From the NCBI GenBank assembly GCA_016748015.1, contig JAAOMT010000653.1, positions 1-64,000 of the forward strand: a stretch of 64,000 bases of DNA. The letters are read 5' to 3'. This DNA comes from Geosiphon pyriformis uo1. Its lineage: Eukaryota > Fungi > Glomeromycota. Shown here piece after piece: positions 23,860-36,351 of this stretch; position 1 is the first letter of the stretch; each line of letters opens with the position of its first letter. The notes under the pieces are model-generated. The model ran no database searches and had not been told where the DNA came from. It was given only the letters and a program-made list of their open reading frames with translations. The position numbers and the translations under genes were made by a program.

Positions 23860-25534
23860 TGTTACCGGAGGTTTTTGGTCTCTTTTCTTATATGTTGTTG
23901 ATGCTTGTTTGCTGTGAATTCACGTTTTCTGGATGTGGTTGAACCTCCAGTAACTGAATTTATCTTCAAATTATCTCCTATAATTTGAACCGCTGGGCTT
24001 ATAAGTGGAATGGCCAATTCCGTGCCAGTTACTTTATGTAGTTACGTTGTAGTAAACGTCAACTCTTTCCCAGGAATTGCTCGTCTGGAAGCTCACTAAA
24101 AAATGTGTAGTTACTTTGCTGTGAAAGACAACTCTTCTANNNNNNNNNNNNNNNNNNNNTTGTAGTACTAGTCTTTGAACTTGCACTTTTTCTCTTTTCT
24201 AGAATTTCGGTGAACTAAAGATACATTTCGGCGAACTATGAATTATTTCGGCCAATTTCCATTAATTTCGGCGAATTTTTGCTATGTTATATGGTTCAGG
24301 GTATTGTGTAAATTGATCATCTCAATTTCTATGGTCCAAATCGGGTTATTGATTAAATGATGATAATTGCTAATTTGATTAAATAATAAGTGAAATTCGA
24401 AACGATAATAATATATGCTAATTAATGATAGGAATTATAAAGGAAATTTCATGCTAATTAATAGCTAAAATTCTACTGGTAACATCGGCAACTGTGTTCA
24501 CCATATTCTCTACATTTGACACACCACTCATGCTGGATTTGTTATTCTCAACTTCACTTCCTCATGATATCTTATGTTTCTCATCGCCCAAATATAATAG
24601 AGTGATAGACAGAAGACCAGCAGATAAGTCCACAACTCTACCAGCAATGTCAGATTTCTTAGGTTTCTTATATGATGGACCATGAAAGTAGACACTTTTA
24701 ACTCACACTTTCTTCTTAATGCCAGACTGGGTTCCCAATCCAGTCAATCCAGAACCAGAACCACTAGCAGATAAGCTCGCCAGTTCTATTGTAATAAAGA
24801 AGAGTGTATTGAGAGAAATAACTGCAAGCTAAAGAGAAGAAAGAGAGAAGAAAAAACTATTCTATCAGCAAAATATATGTTTTTGTCATGACCAGAGGAT
24901 TGATGAGAGAAAAAAATTTTTTTTTTTTAATATTAAAACTATATAAATCTTTTTGTAGTTTTACAAAAAACATATTATAATATATTTTTTTAATATCTTA
25001 ATCTGATATTTGTTATTATTATTAATTGATACTTATTGTTATTATAAGATAGTATTTGCTATTATTTTATTTATTATTATTTTTAAGATTATTATTATGC
25101 TATATTATATTATTTTATAATTTTTTTATTAAATTTTTAAATTTTAATATTATTTTTTTCTTTCAAGATTTGAATTTTATTAAAATTAAAGTTAATTTTT
25201 TTATTAAATTCTAAGCTGTTATAATAATTTAATACTGTACTATTAATTTGTTGTTGTATTTTTTAAAATTATAAATTAGTAAATTATCTAATATTATTAG
25301 TAATTATTATATTTATAGTTGAATTTAATAATATTTTATAATAATTTTTAAATGCTTTAAAAATTCTATAAACTGGTTTAAATAAAATTAATTATTGGTT
25401 TTTTTAATAAAACTTTTTAATTAGTATATTGTTGTTTTATTAAATACTCTAATTAAATTTTTAAGTATAATATTTATATGGTTAAATATTTTTTAAGTTA
25501 ATAATAACAATAATTAATTGGAAATTTTGTTTTT

Positions 25535-28500
25535 TTTTTTTTTTTATGTGATTAATGAGTAAAACCCAACTGCTATCTAGTATATAGAACCAAACTAAGT
25601 AGAACAAACCAAACACAGTTTACACACTTGCTACATGTGGCCAGCCACTTAGACCAGACAAGGCTATACTACATATCTATGTAGACAAAAACATTACCAT
25701 CCAAACCAGAAAAAAAATGACACAACTTGCATCTACCAAAGCTAACAGCAAAAGATTTAACAACACTAAGCAAATAAACTACTCCATCTGACAAATTAGA
25801 TACCAAACAATAAACAAGTCTAAGACCACACCACCATCTCTAACCAAGCCAGCCTTCTTTATATCCACTCTATGCTTAGATCTGACAAGCCATACCTTAG
25901 CACAAAACAATTCAACCACAAACCTAACAAATTCAATAACAGTCAATATAGTCTTTTCCTTCCCCTCAAAAGCCAAAGCAGCTTCAGCATACCAATTCTT
26001 TAACACAAAATCCTTGTACACAGCAGTAAACAGATCTGCATCTAAAAAACATGCTAAAAATAAGTGCAAAACAGTCGATGTAGGCAAGCAGGAAGAACCC
26101 ACCAAAAACACCTATCTTTCAGTAGCATTAGCCAAAATGTTATCATAGAGTTCAGCATTACCAGAGCAAACAAAAGTATGGTCAGACATCTCCACCTCCC
26201 CACACAGCAAACACAGCACTCCAGAATAATTCACATTGTATAATCTCTTCTTGACAGTTATGGGCAACCATTTATAAACAGCTTTTATCAAATAAGTGCA
26301 CATGTTGGCTTAGCTCCTACTAGTAAAACCAAAGAGCATATGAGAGTTAGGATGCCAGACCTTTGAAGTAGCCACCCAATTTATTTTCTCAATCATGGCA
26401 CTTGGAACAATATCATAACCAGGACCAGCCTTCCAACAAGCATAACAAACTGACCAAAAAAGATTATGAACAAAATGATGAGTATTGCCTAACACAGCAG
26501 TATTTTCAGCAACCAAGAAACATTTCTGAATCCCAACAGGTAGAAAAAACAAAGAAGAAGTGGCTTCTTTAGCCAATTTATTAGCCTTAACATTGCCCAA
26601 AACTCTTGAATGCTTTTTAACCTTTACCCACCTAACAAAAATGTTTTTTTCTTGATGAGATTGACAATATGTGATTGCTCAATCTAGCATCAATTATAGA
26701 AGTCTGGTGTCATAACCAGAGACTTTAACACACAAGCATCAATTGCAGATCAGCTGTCCAAATACAGAACCACAGAACAAAAGAAGAGAATGCATTCCAA
26801 GACCAAAGCAATGGCTTGTAACTTAGCCAAAGTAGAGAACAAAAGTCTCTGGATCCTGACCCCAATATCTATGTCTGTAGCTGGGAAATAGGCAGCCGCA
26901 TCACTCACTATCTTAACTGAACCAGCACCTTTTAAGGACCCATCTGTGTAAACTTTAATACAATTTGACCAAACCTCCAAAAGACCCCCATGAACACAAG
27001 CAAAAGCCTCAAAATTCAAGATATTCAGCACTGGTAGTACATAATCACTGACAGATACAATTTCCACAGAAGCATGCTCGTTTATAAAACTAGCCGCCAA
27101 TATGAACTAATAAGATACTGGACTTCTCAGATCCAATCTTTTCTACCACCAAAATGTCTTCTAGTCCAACACTCTTCCTTTCTTGTCCAGAAGTCTACTA
27201 CCAAAAGCAATACCAAAACATCTTAAAGAGAGGACAAAATCATAAAATAAGAAATAATCCAGAATGTCAGATATTGGAAATCTGCCAGAACCATGAAAAG
27301 CACTGGGCAAATTGTTTGTCAAAGATAACCCATTTTCCAACAAAATTCTCATCACACCAGCTAGAAAATTATTTATTGGACTAATCCTCAACTTGACAAA
27401 ATGCTGCAAAAGATTCAGAGGCAACCACCCCAAAACTTGTAAATCCAAAAATCTATGTTCAAATAAATGCCCAAGAATGCCACAGGCATTGGAAAAAAAG
27501 ACCAATAAGGCCAACTTTCTCTCAGATTGTACTTGCTCAAACAGTTTTAAACTATACAAAGAAGAGTGATATAAAGTCTTATTTGGAAAATCTTTTGGTA
27601 ATCCAGCCTTAGATCTGAGACTCTTCCTAACCATAATATCTCACTTGTAATACACATCTAATGAAACATAACTAAACTGTGTTCAATAGCTAACTATAGA
27701 CTGAAGAACAGCTGAGACCAAGTAAGAGAATTGTTTATCTGTAATAGCTTTTCTGAGCACCACATTTGAGAAAAACCTAACATTTGCATGAGCCTGAGTC
27801 AAACTAGACTTGAAGAGACCCTCTGTAGACAAAAAAATACCTAAGTACCTGTGTGATTTGTCTTGTTTAGCAATTAAGATTGGCAAACCATTGATTGAAA
27901 GTAAGGCAGTCTTGACACCTTAATTGAATGGAATAGCCACTGTTTTATCATTATTAATAGAAATGTCATTAACAACAAAAAACCCACTAGCAATATTTAA
28001 AATGGCCTGTGTAGAAGCTTAACAGCTCCCAACCCAAATTGTGTTATTGACAAAGGCACCAGCAGCCAAAAAAAAAGTTTTTTCTCCAACAGCCTTAACA
28101 TGGCCAGTTTCAGCCACAAACTTTGTATCAATATAGTAGTCATATAAGTGCTCATGTCTCCTAACCTTGCACAAAAGAGGGTTGTAGAATATTCACCAAA
28201 AAAGAGGAGAAAAAATCTCATCCTAATCCAAACTATCATGTACTATGTAATTATTTGAAAGACCAAAATCTGTTATCACTCTGTTAATATGATCCTTGTA
28301 AATTCCACCAAAAAATTCAATAAATCGACTGTATATCTTGATATGATGCAGACTAGTCTTCAAATGATGCCAGCCCACAGAGTCATAAGCTTTATGCATG
28401 TCTTGTAAAACCAACCAAAGTTCCCTATTCTTTTCCAAAGCATCTTCTACAACTGATCCAATGGCAAAAATCGGAGATTAAGTAAAAGTACCTTTTAACA

Positions 28501-31500
28501 CTGAAAAATTGTCACCACAAAGAACATTGAACTTGTTGTATGCCAAAAAAATCTGATCAGAAAGAATCTTAGACAAGATCTTTTGGGCAGTTTCAATTAG
28601 AGCAATAGACCTAGTATTGGTCAGGACACCATTCCATTTATAGGATTTGGAAATCATCAAAACTTATGCTCTCCTTCAAGGAGTCAAAACCACTTCCAAG
28701 GTTAAACACAAATTTAGCAGCTTTAAGAAATAAGCTAACATCTCATTACCACAGTGCCTCCAAAGTTCATTAGGAATTCCTGATAATCTAGCAGCTTTGT
28801 CATTTGGCAAGTTATTAATACACAAAAGCAACTCATCCATATCAATCTCTTTTATCACACCAGAAAAAGCATCATCAGAAATATGGTCCAAAAGCATATA
28901 TTAATAAGACCAAAGAACAGACATCTTTGGAAGAACTGTCTGCTTTCTTGTCTATCTCTCCATAATTTCATCCACTTTAAGTTTTACTTCATCAGACTCA
29001 ACCACCAACTCATTATTAACTACCAAGTAATCCAAAACAATCTTGCGAAATGGATGATCAAGAATACTCTTAATCATAAGCCTCTTGTTAAAACAGAAAT
29101 TGTTCATGTGCCAGTCAATCACTTTCTTAATAGTTGCATCCTTAGATGCCTTTAACTCAAGGTACTTAGACTTCTGATATTTCTTCTTAACTATAGACAA
29201 ATGCTTGACAACCTCCATTGAATTCATACCAACCAGAACCATGTTGGCAGTCTTAGAGACCTCTATTTTATCAATTTTTAATCAGACTCTAATGAGACAG
29301 TCAAAATTCACAAGATCCTCAGAAACCCAAGCTTTAACAATTTTTGCAATTAGCAATTCCAATTTGAAAAACTTCAAAAATTGTTTGTTTTTTGAACAAT
29401 CAAATGCACTATACCAATATCTAGAAAACACCACATCAGCAGCCTGTATTATAATATCTTTTAGCACCACCCACATTGTATCTAAATTATCATTATATTT
29501 TGCACCCTTAAACATATTTGACTTTGTTACCAACTCAGCAGAAACTCATTCTTTAAAATGTAACCAAAGGGCCTTATCAGCATGTTCTATCTTAAACTTC
29601 TACTGGTTCCAATTGGCTTGTTTGTGAACACTATTTAGATGAGCATTCAAGAGTCCTTTCAAACCAATCACAACTGAAATTGTCTTATAATCTGTTTCAA
29701 AAAATCCTAACACATCATTAATTTTATGCAATATAATAGTAAAAGCAAGATACTTACTCACAAAAATAAAATCCAACACCTTTTCAATGCCTCTAGAATT
29801 ACTCCAAGTAGAGGCTTTGGCTAAAAAATGTCCATTAAAGGTATTGACCAGACCCAAGTCTGAACAGAACTTGAAGCTAGTACTTCTCTTAGATCTATTT
29901 TTATTAAAGTCACCATTAATGACCATGAATGAGCTAGAATTGGCTGCTCTAAAAATTAAGGAGTTGATAAAAAAAGCTTGGCCAAAACATGTATCAGCAG
30001 AAGCACCAGCATACAGGCCCAAGATTGTAACTGAAAGCTTGTCTTTAAATAAAAGACAAATAGAGATCAGCTGACCAGGAATTTCATCTACCTTTGAGAC
30101 ATGCCGAGCCAAAGAACTGTTCATAATAATGGCAATCTCAGCACCGAAAAAACCCATACCCAAACCAGAAGTGAAAATTCAAACTCCATTAAATTTATTC
30201 ATAATCCAAGGTCTAACATTAGACCTTAATTTGGTTTCCGTAACAATTGAAACCATATTTCCTGATTCCTTATGCCAAAAAACAATGTCTTCCTGCTTTA
30301 CAAGGACATTGATACCTCTAACATTGCACATAACAAATTTCCAAACTAAATCACTTATTAAAAAGTAGGGGGAACTAATGAACCCAAACCAAAACACAAG
30401 TGATTCAATTTTTTTAATACCAACTCAATCAATACTTTCAAAGTCACTATTTTGAATTCCAAACCTTCCACCTTGGTGGTCAGAACCTTAGAACTACTTA
30501 AGCTAATGTCAGCAACTGTATTAGTAACAATCACAAGAAAAGGAATGGGATAAATCAAAGTATCATCCAAATCCATATCCACCACCAAAGATGTAGAAGC
30601 AACAGGAGGAGGGACAAAAGGCAAAAACGCCAAAGGCACCAACTTAATATTACTCAACTTTCTCAAAATATCAGAAACTTGGTCTGCCAAAAGCTTTAAA
30701 GAGTGCTCCAGAGAAGACAAACAGTTATGTAAAGCAGAGTCACCAAGGGAAGCAGAGATTATCAAAAAAATTCTAGCACCAGAAGACAAACCACTACCAA
30801 AAAACATTGAAAAAACCATGTAAAGTGGAGAGCTATCAAAAGAAGAATTAAGTGACATGACTTGTGCCCATGACTTGCCACCAAAGGTGGCAGAACAGAA
30901 GATAGAGACAGTTTTCTTTACATACAACTTGACTAGCTGAAGACAATGTTCCTCTAAGATGACTCTTCTAACAACCTTTAAAGGCTTAGGAGTAAATGCA
31001 AGTGGTATGCCACATTTCAAAGCAGAATGGCCAAGAAACCCACACCTCTCACAATGAACCAAATTCAGTCTAACCCAAAAAAGTTTGATACCACCAAATA
31101 TCAGCTCAGTGTGATATGCAGATTCCATTGTATTCTCAGACTTGAAGCCAACTACAGCACAGCAAATCTTATTGCCAAAATTCAATGAATGATTTATGAT
31201 ACATGTTTTCCCACCAACTCTTTCCAAAAGAGTGTCCAATTATGAGCAGTTATTCCTATAGGCAAAGTAAACAACAAAGTCCTAAACTGGTCTCTTGATG
31301 CTCATGTTTTATGATCTCTCACAGCCATAGCCACATGTACTGAGTCCTTCCCAATAAGAAATGACCATCTTGATGCCAGTTGCTTTGCCTGTTCCTATTC
31401 AGTGAATTTTACTACAGCCTTCTGCCACATCCCAATTAGCTGAATCTTATTCAACTTGATATCACCAAACTCAGATACTGCAGTGACAATTATCTCCTTA

Positions 31501-32348
31501 GATGTATCTATGAGAATTTTTTTGATTACTACAGCCCAATCTGAGCGAATTCCTTGTTTCTTAAGATTGCTGTTTATGTTGATTTCTTTTTCTCTGGCCA
31601 ATGAAGCAGTTTTTTCCATATTTTTTTCAGAAGTGAAAGTAGATTGGATGATCTCTTCAAATTTTGAGAAGATAGTGGCCCCCCCAAAACCATTAACTGT
31701 TGAAAAAATTTTCCTAATGAACTGAGTCTTTGCTGTAGCAAATTTGCCTTCTATTGCCAAAAGATTGATATCCAAAGCAAATAACTTTCTAACAAAAACT
31801 TCCACAGGCATTTTCACAATTTTAGGATCTATCTATTTCTTTTCTAAAGATATACCAAGGGGGAGTGGGAGAAGTTCCACTTCTTTTTTCATTTTATAAT
31901 TGGAGGAGCCAAGAGGAGACCCAAAGATCATGTTAGAATTCACTTTCTTTGTTTTAGAAGTAGTGGCTGCTAAGCCTAAAAGAGACCTACTGTTAATACC
32001 TTCCATGACTATATTGTCTTTATTACAACTAGATTCACTATTTATGTCTGAGTACATGCCACCAGAACTAAGTTTGACTAAAGAAATGTTTCTTTCATTA
32101 CTTAAATATTTAACATTACCAAGAACTACCTTCTTCTTTTGGGAGAAAAAACCACCAGCAAAACCATAGAAAGTACTCTTAAGCACTTTTTTCTTAGACA
32201 TATCACTACTAGAAGCAGCCTTTAAATCCACAATGAAAGAGTTATTAGTTAAAGAAATGTTGATATAAACTTAACAAAAAAAAATAAAAAACTTCTTTTT
32301 CAAAAAAGCGCTTTTTGAGGATTTGTGGATGTAAGAAAAAAGTTTTTT
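25535..32348 (-). mobile_element. Full-length uninterrupted LINE (LINE-2, about 6.8 kb, pseudogenised) with 12-bp TSD
   Basis: Poly(T) to 25545. AATTTTGTTTTT at 25523-25534 and 32349-32360. ORF1 32231-30358 (CERCGFLGHSALKC). ORF2 about 30358-25670 with EN, LQDMHKAYDSV, YTDGS and CLLCGEVEMSDHTFVC. Confidence 0.95.
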
Positions 32349-32859
32349 AATTTTGTTTTTAAGTTGTTAAATATGTTTGGTATTAATTTTTTTATTTCTA
32401 TTTTTTCTATTATTAATGTATTATTTAATATTATTTCTAATTTTTTGATAATTTTATTAATGAGCTTATTGTTGTATTTGGTAATAATAATATATATTTT
32501 AAAATCATGTTTTTTTTTTGTTTTTAGGCTTTTTATTATTTTTTTTATGTATGTTATTTTGAAGTTATTAACTGTAATTTCTAAATTTAAATTTAATTAT
32601 TATAATTTTTTAATTAATTATTGAATTATATTGATAATTTTTTTTGGAATATGTGTTATTATTTTACTGGTTTAAATTTTTTTATATAAGTTTTTATGTT
32701 TTAAAAATTGTTTTTAGTGTATTTTAAGTTTAATTATCTTTTAAATAATATTTAATTAAAACTATTGGTTTTAAATCTTATTGAAATTAATTTGGTATTA
32801 CCAATAATAATTGTGTTTTAATTTTGGGTGTTAGTGTTATTATTATTGGTTTATTGTGA

Positions 32860-35640
32860 TATAATTTTAATTAATTACTATATGCTGTTTTTTTAATATT
32901 TTTTTAACTAGTTTTAACTTATATGATATATTTTTAAGTATTTTATAAATATAAAATAATCTATTTTACTTGTAATTAAACTTTTTATTTTGTTGTTTTT
33001 TAGTTTTAATATAATACAACAATATTTTGTTTTTAATTTTATAGTTAATTATATTATCTAATAATTAATTATTATGTTTTATTTTTTTGTTGTTTTTATA
33101 ATTATTTAATATTTTGTACTGTCTTTTTTTTTGTTTTCTAAGATTTTTATTAACTTGTATGTTTTTTTAAATAGTGTTTTATGAAATATTGTTTTAATAA
33201 TAATATTACTTAAATATATTAAAATAATAAATTTAATTGATAATATTGTTTTTTTTTATAAATTTATTTAAATATTGTAAATTGTATAATATTTTGTTTC
33301 AATGTTTTATATACTAATAGTATTATTAATATAAATAAATTTTATTATTTTTATGTTTATTGTTAATTTTGATCAGTAATTTACATAATATATAATTAAA
33401 CTATTTAATTAAACTATTTGTTTATAAATAATATAATAATAATAATAATTTTTTAATTTCAAATTTTTGGCTAAGTTTTTTTAATATATTATTTACAAAA
33501 TATGTATTTTGGTCTAATAGCAGTTTTTGTGAATATTTATGTTAACAAATTAAGTTTTTATGTATAAATTAAGCTACTAAAATAATATTAAGTGTTTTAA
33601 TAATTTTAGTTGTTGGTTATTTAATAAATTATTTAAATTTTATTAATTCTGATAATAAAATATATAATTTTATATGATATAATATTTTAATAATTTCTGA
33701 AGTTTAATTAGCTTTTCTATTAATATGATTTTATTTAACTATAGTGTTTTTAAGTATTATTTAAGATTTTTGTAAAAATAATTATTTATTGTTTTTGTAA
33801 TAAATATATTGATAATTTTTATGTGTATTTTATTTTTAATAAACAGTTAATATTAATATTCTTGATATTTTTTTTATATTTAATAATATTATTATATGGT
33901 GTTAATATTTATAATTATTTAATATATTTAGTATTTTTTTGTTATTTAATCAAACCAAATTTCTATAATTTGTAATAATATTAAAAATTTGTATTGTATA
34001 TATGTATTAAAGTGAACACAACTTTAAATTATTACTAAGCATTTTAATTTATATACTACATAGTTTTGTTTTATTGTATTAAGACTTTTACTAATATAAG
34101 TAATTACATATTTTTTATTATTGTTGTTTTTTGTAAAAAAAATAATATCAAATTTAGTTTTAGAGATATTTATAATTAAAATGAATTTTTTGTTAAAGTT
34201 TAGATAAATTATTATTGGTAATTCAATAAACTTTTGCTTTAAGTATTTAAAAGCTTTTTGTTGTGTTTCAATCTATTCAAATTTTATATTTTTAGATAAT
34301 AGATAATTAAAAAATTTAGTGATATTTAAAAAGTTTTTTTACAAAGCAGCAGTAGTAAGATATAAATTCTAAAAAGCTTTTAATTTTTAATATATTTTAG
34401 AATACTAAAAAGTTTTTTGTTTTATTTTATTTTTTTTAATTATGTGTTCTAGAAATACTAGTTCATTTTTTCTAAAAAAACATTTTTTTAAATTTAATTT
34501 AAGTTTAGTATATCTTAATCTCTTAAAAATTTGTTGTAAATATTAAAAATAATTTGTAAATTTTGGTAAAAAAACTTTGTATTATTCAAATAAACAATAA
34601 TAAATTGTTACAGAATTTTATAGTAAATTATATTTATTAATTTTTGAAATATTACAAAAGTATTTGTTAATTCAAATAATATTATATTGAATTTATAATT
34701 GTCATTTTGTGTTGTAAATACTGTTTTATATTTGTTTTTTAGGTTTATTTTTACTTGCCAATATTTATTAGTTAAATCAAGTATAGAAAATTATTTTGTT
34801 TTTCCAAAAACATTGAAAATTTTATTAATCAATAATATAAAATATGAATTTTTGGTTATTTTGCTGTTTAATTTGCAATAGTCAACACAAATTTTAATTT
34901 TTTTTTACTAAAACAACTAATAAAAATTATAAACTTATTAATAATTAAATTATTTTTTTTCAATATTTTTTGGACTTTTTCTTTAATAAAATTGTGTTTT
35001 ATTAATAAGATATAAAAAAACATTGTTTTAATATTTAATTTGGCTAATTTTTCTGGTGTAAATTAATAATATTTTAACAGTTGTTGTTAATTTATTAAAG
35101 TAAGTTTATAATAAAGCACAATTTATAGAAAATTTAGAATTTTTTGTAATGTTAATATATTTTTTAGCTCTGTTTTAAAATATTCAATGATAATTTTTTT
35201 TAAAATATAGATAAATTTTTCTGTAATATTTGTAATAAAAATTTTTATTTATTGAGTTTTATTAATTAAAATAAAAAAATTAATAAGTCTTATAAAAAAC
35301 TATTAAGTTTTTAAATAGTGCTTAAATATTAAGTCTTTTTTTTTAAATTGTTTTTTTAATTTTTAATTTTATTTTTTATATAATATAAACATAATAAACT
35401 GCTTAATTTTAATTAATTTGCTTTTTTTTTTATTATTTTAACAAAATTTGCTTTAATTTTTTTTTATCAATCTAAAATTAAAAGTTTTTTGTACAATCTT
35501 TTTTTTAGACTTAATAATAATATTAAAAAATTTTTATCTTTTTTCAATATTATTAATGCTGTTTTGTTGTTAATAAAAGTTTATAAACTTCTAATAAGCT
35601 TAATTTTTTTTTTCAAAGTATCTTTTTGTAATTTGAATAG
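32860..35640 (-). mobile_element. AT-eroded Ty3/Gypsy pol fossil (post-protease spacer, RT, RH, IN)
   Basis: Minus strand retains CVDYCKLN at about 34868-34892 and ..WQVKINLK at about 34745-34765, plus integrase-like remnants at 33000-33700. Confidence 0.7.
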
Positions 35641-35650
35641 TATATACTAT

Positions 35651-36350
35651 TAAAATTCTAATGTTTAATTTGATTTAATTTAAGTTTAATTAAATTATTT
35701 GAACCAAACCAAACTCAAACAGAAGATTTAACAAAATTTTAAATTTAAACTTAAATCAAACTTAAAATTATTGAATTTAAATATATACAACAAGTTTGGT
35801 TTAAGTTTGGTTTGAAGTTTATGAACATGTTCAGATTTGATTATTAAAAACATTATATTATACTATATTATTATTTAATTTTTCTTTTAATGATTCTTGT
35901 ATTCATTATTAAAAACACTGTATTGCTTTTATAGTTTTAAGTACTAAGTAAAACTTTATATTTGTAATCATATTTTTATTTGCAAAAAAAATGCATTTAA
36001 AAGCAACAAATGATTTTTGGATTGTTAAATAATTACAAGTCATATATACAAGACAAAAAAATTGTGTTTAATATGCCTAAATATCGAATTATTAATAAAA
36101 TATTAATTTAGATAAATATTTTTTGTAATATATTTTCTATTATGTTATTATATTCATTTTTCTATTGGCCATTTTTTCAAAGATATAATAATTAATTTTG
36201 TCAAGTTTTTTTTCTTTATTATATTCAAAATCTGTTTTTAATATAAATTATGTAAGTAATATTATAGTTTCATTAAAATTGCTATTTAATAAAAAACTGT
36301 TATTTAATGTTAGTATAATGTTCAGTGTGTACTCTGTTTCAAAAAAAATA
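35651..36350 (-). mobile_element. Inverted copy of the 3' 700 bp of the adjacent hAT element
   Basis: Reverse complement of about 39040-39735; for example gtactaagtaaaactttatatttgtaatcatatttttattt (35941) versus aaataaaaatatgattacaaatatgaagttttgcttagtac (39407). Confidence 0.9.
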
Positions 36351-36351
36351 T

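Larger units (their letters stand above)
20837..24484 (-). mobile_element. Young Ty3/Gypsy element B, 4-bp TSD TCGG; interior collapsed or mis-assembled
   Basis: TGTTACC at 20837 and GGTAACA at 24484. TCGG at 20833-20836 and 24485-24488. LTR pieces at 20837-21235, 21963-22455 and 23860-24484 are nearly identical where they overlap, with CpGs intact. Three N gaps (21943-21962, 23287-23422, 24140-24159). Confidence 0.88.
19189..24788 (-). pseudogene. LINE-1 ORF1 (RRM-like, CCHC, coiled coil), split by element B
   Basis: ORFs 19189-19665, 19662-20171 and 20181-20795, plus the N-terminus at 24489-24788 (ATA in place of the presumed ATG). Confidence 0.85.
4375..24916 (-). mobile_element. Full-length LINE (LINE-1) interrupted by LTR elements A and B; own sequence 4375-4985, 14982-20836 and 24489-24916
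   Basis: Poly(T) at 4374-4384. The reading frame joins across both insertions (DHIFSCLFNAAA|CTWLLNVH; ENMVNTVA|EEISYAEL). ORF1 with RRM-like and CAKCEQFGHISDVC motifs, then endonuclease, RT, RNase H and CCHC. Confidence 0.93.

Noticed and set aside
19286-32169. Antisense ORFs over LINEs (for example 19286-19636, 29205-29627, 31900-32169) and hydrophobic ORFs such as 32325-32624
   Set aside because: Shadows of the coding strand or by-products of T-rich erosion; no independent motifs.
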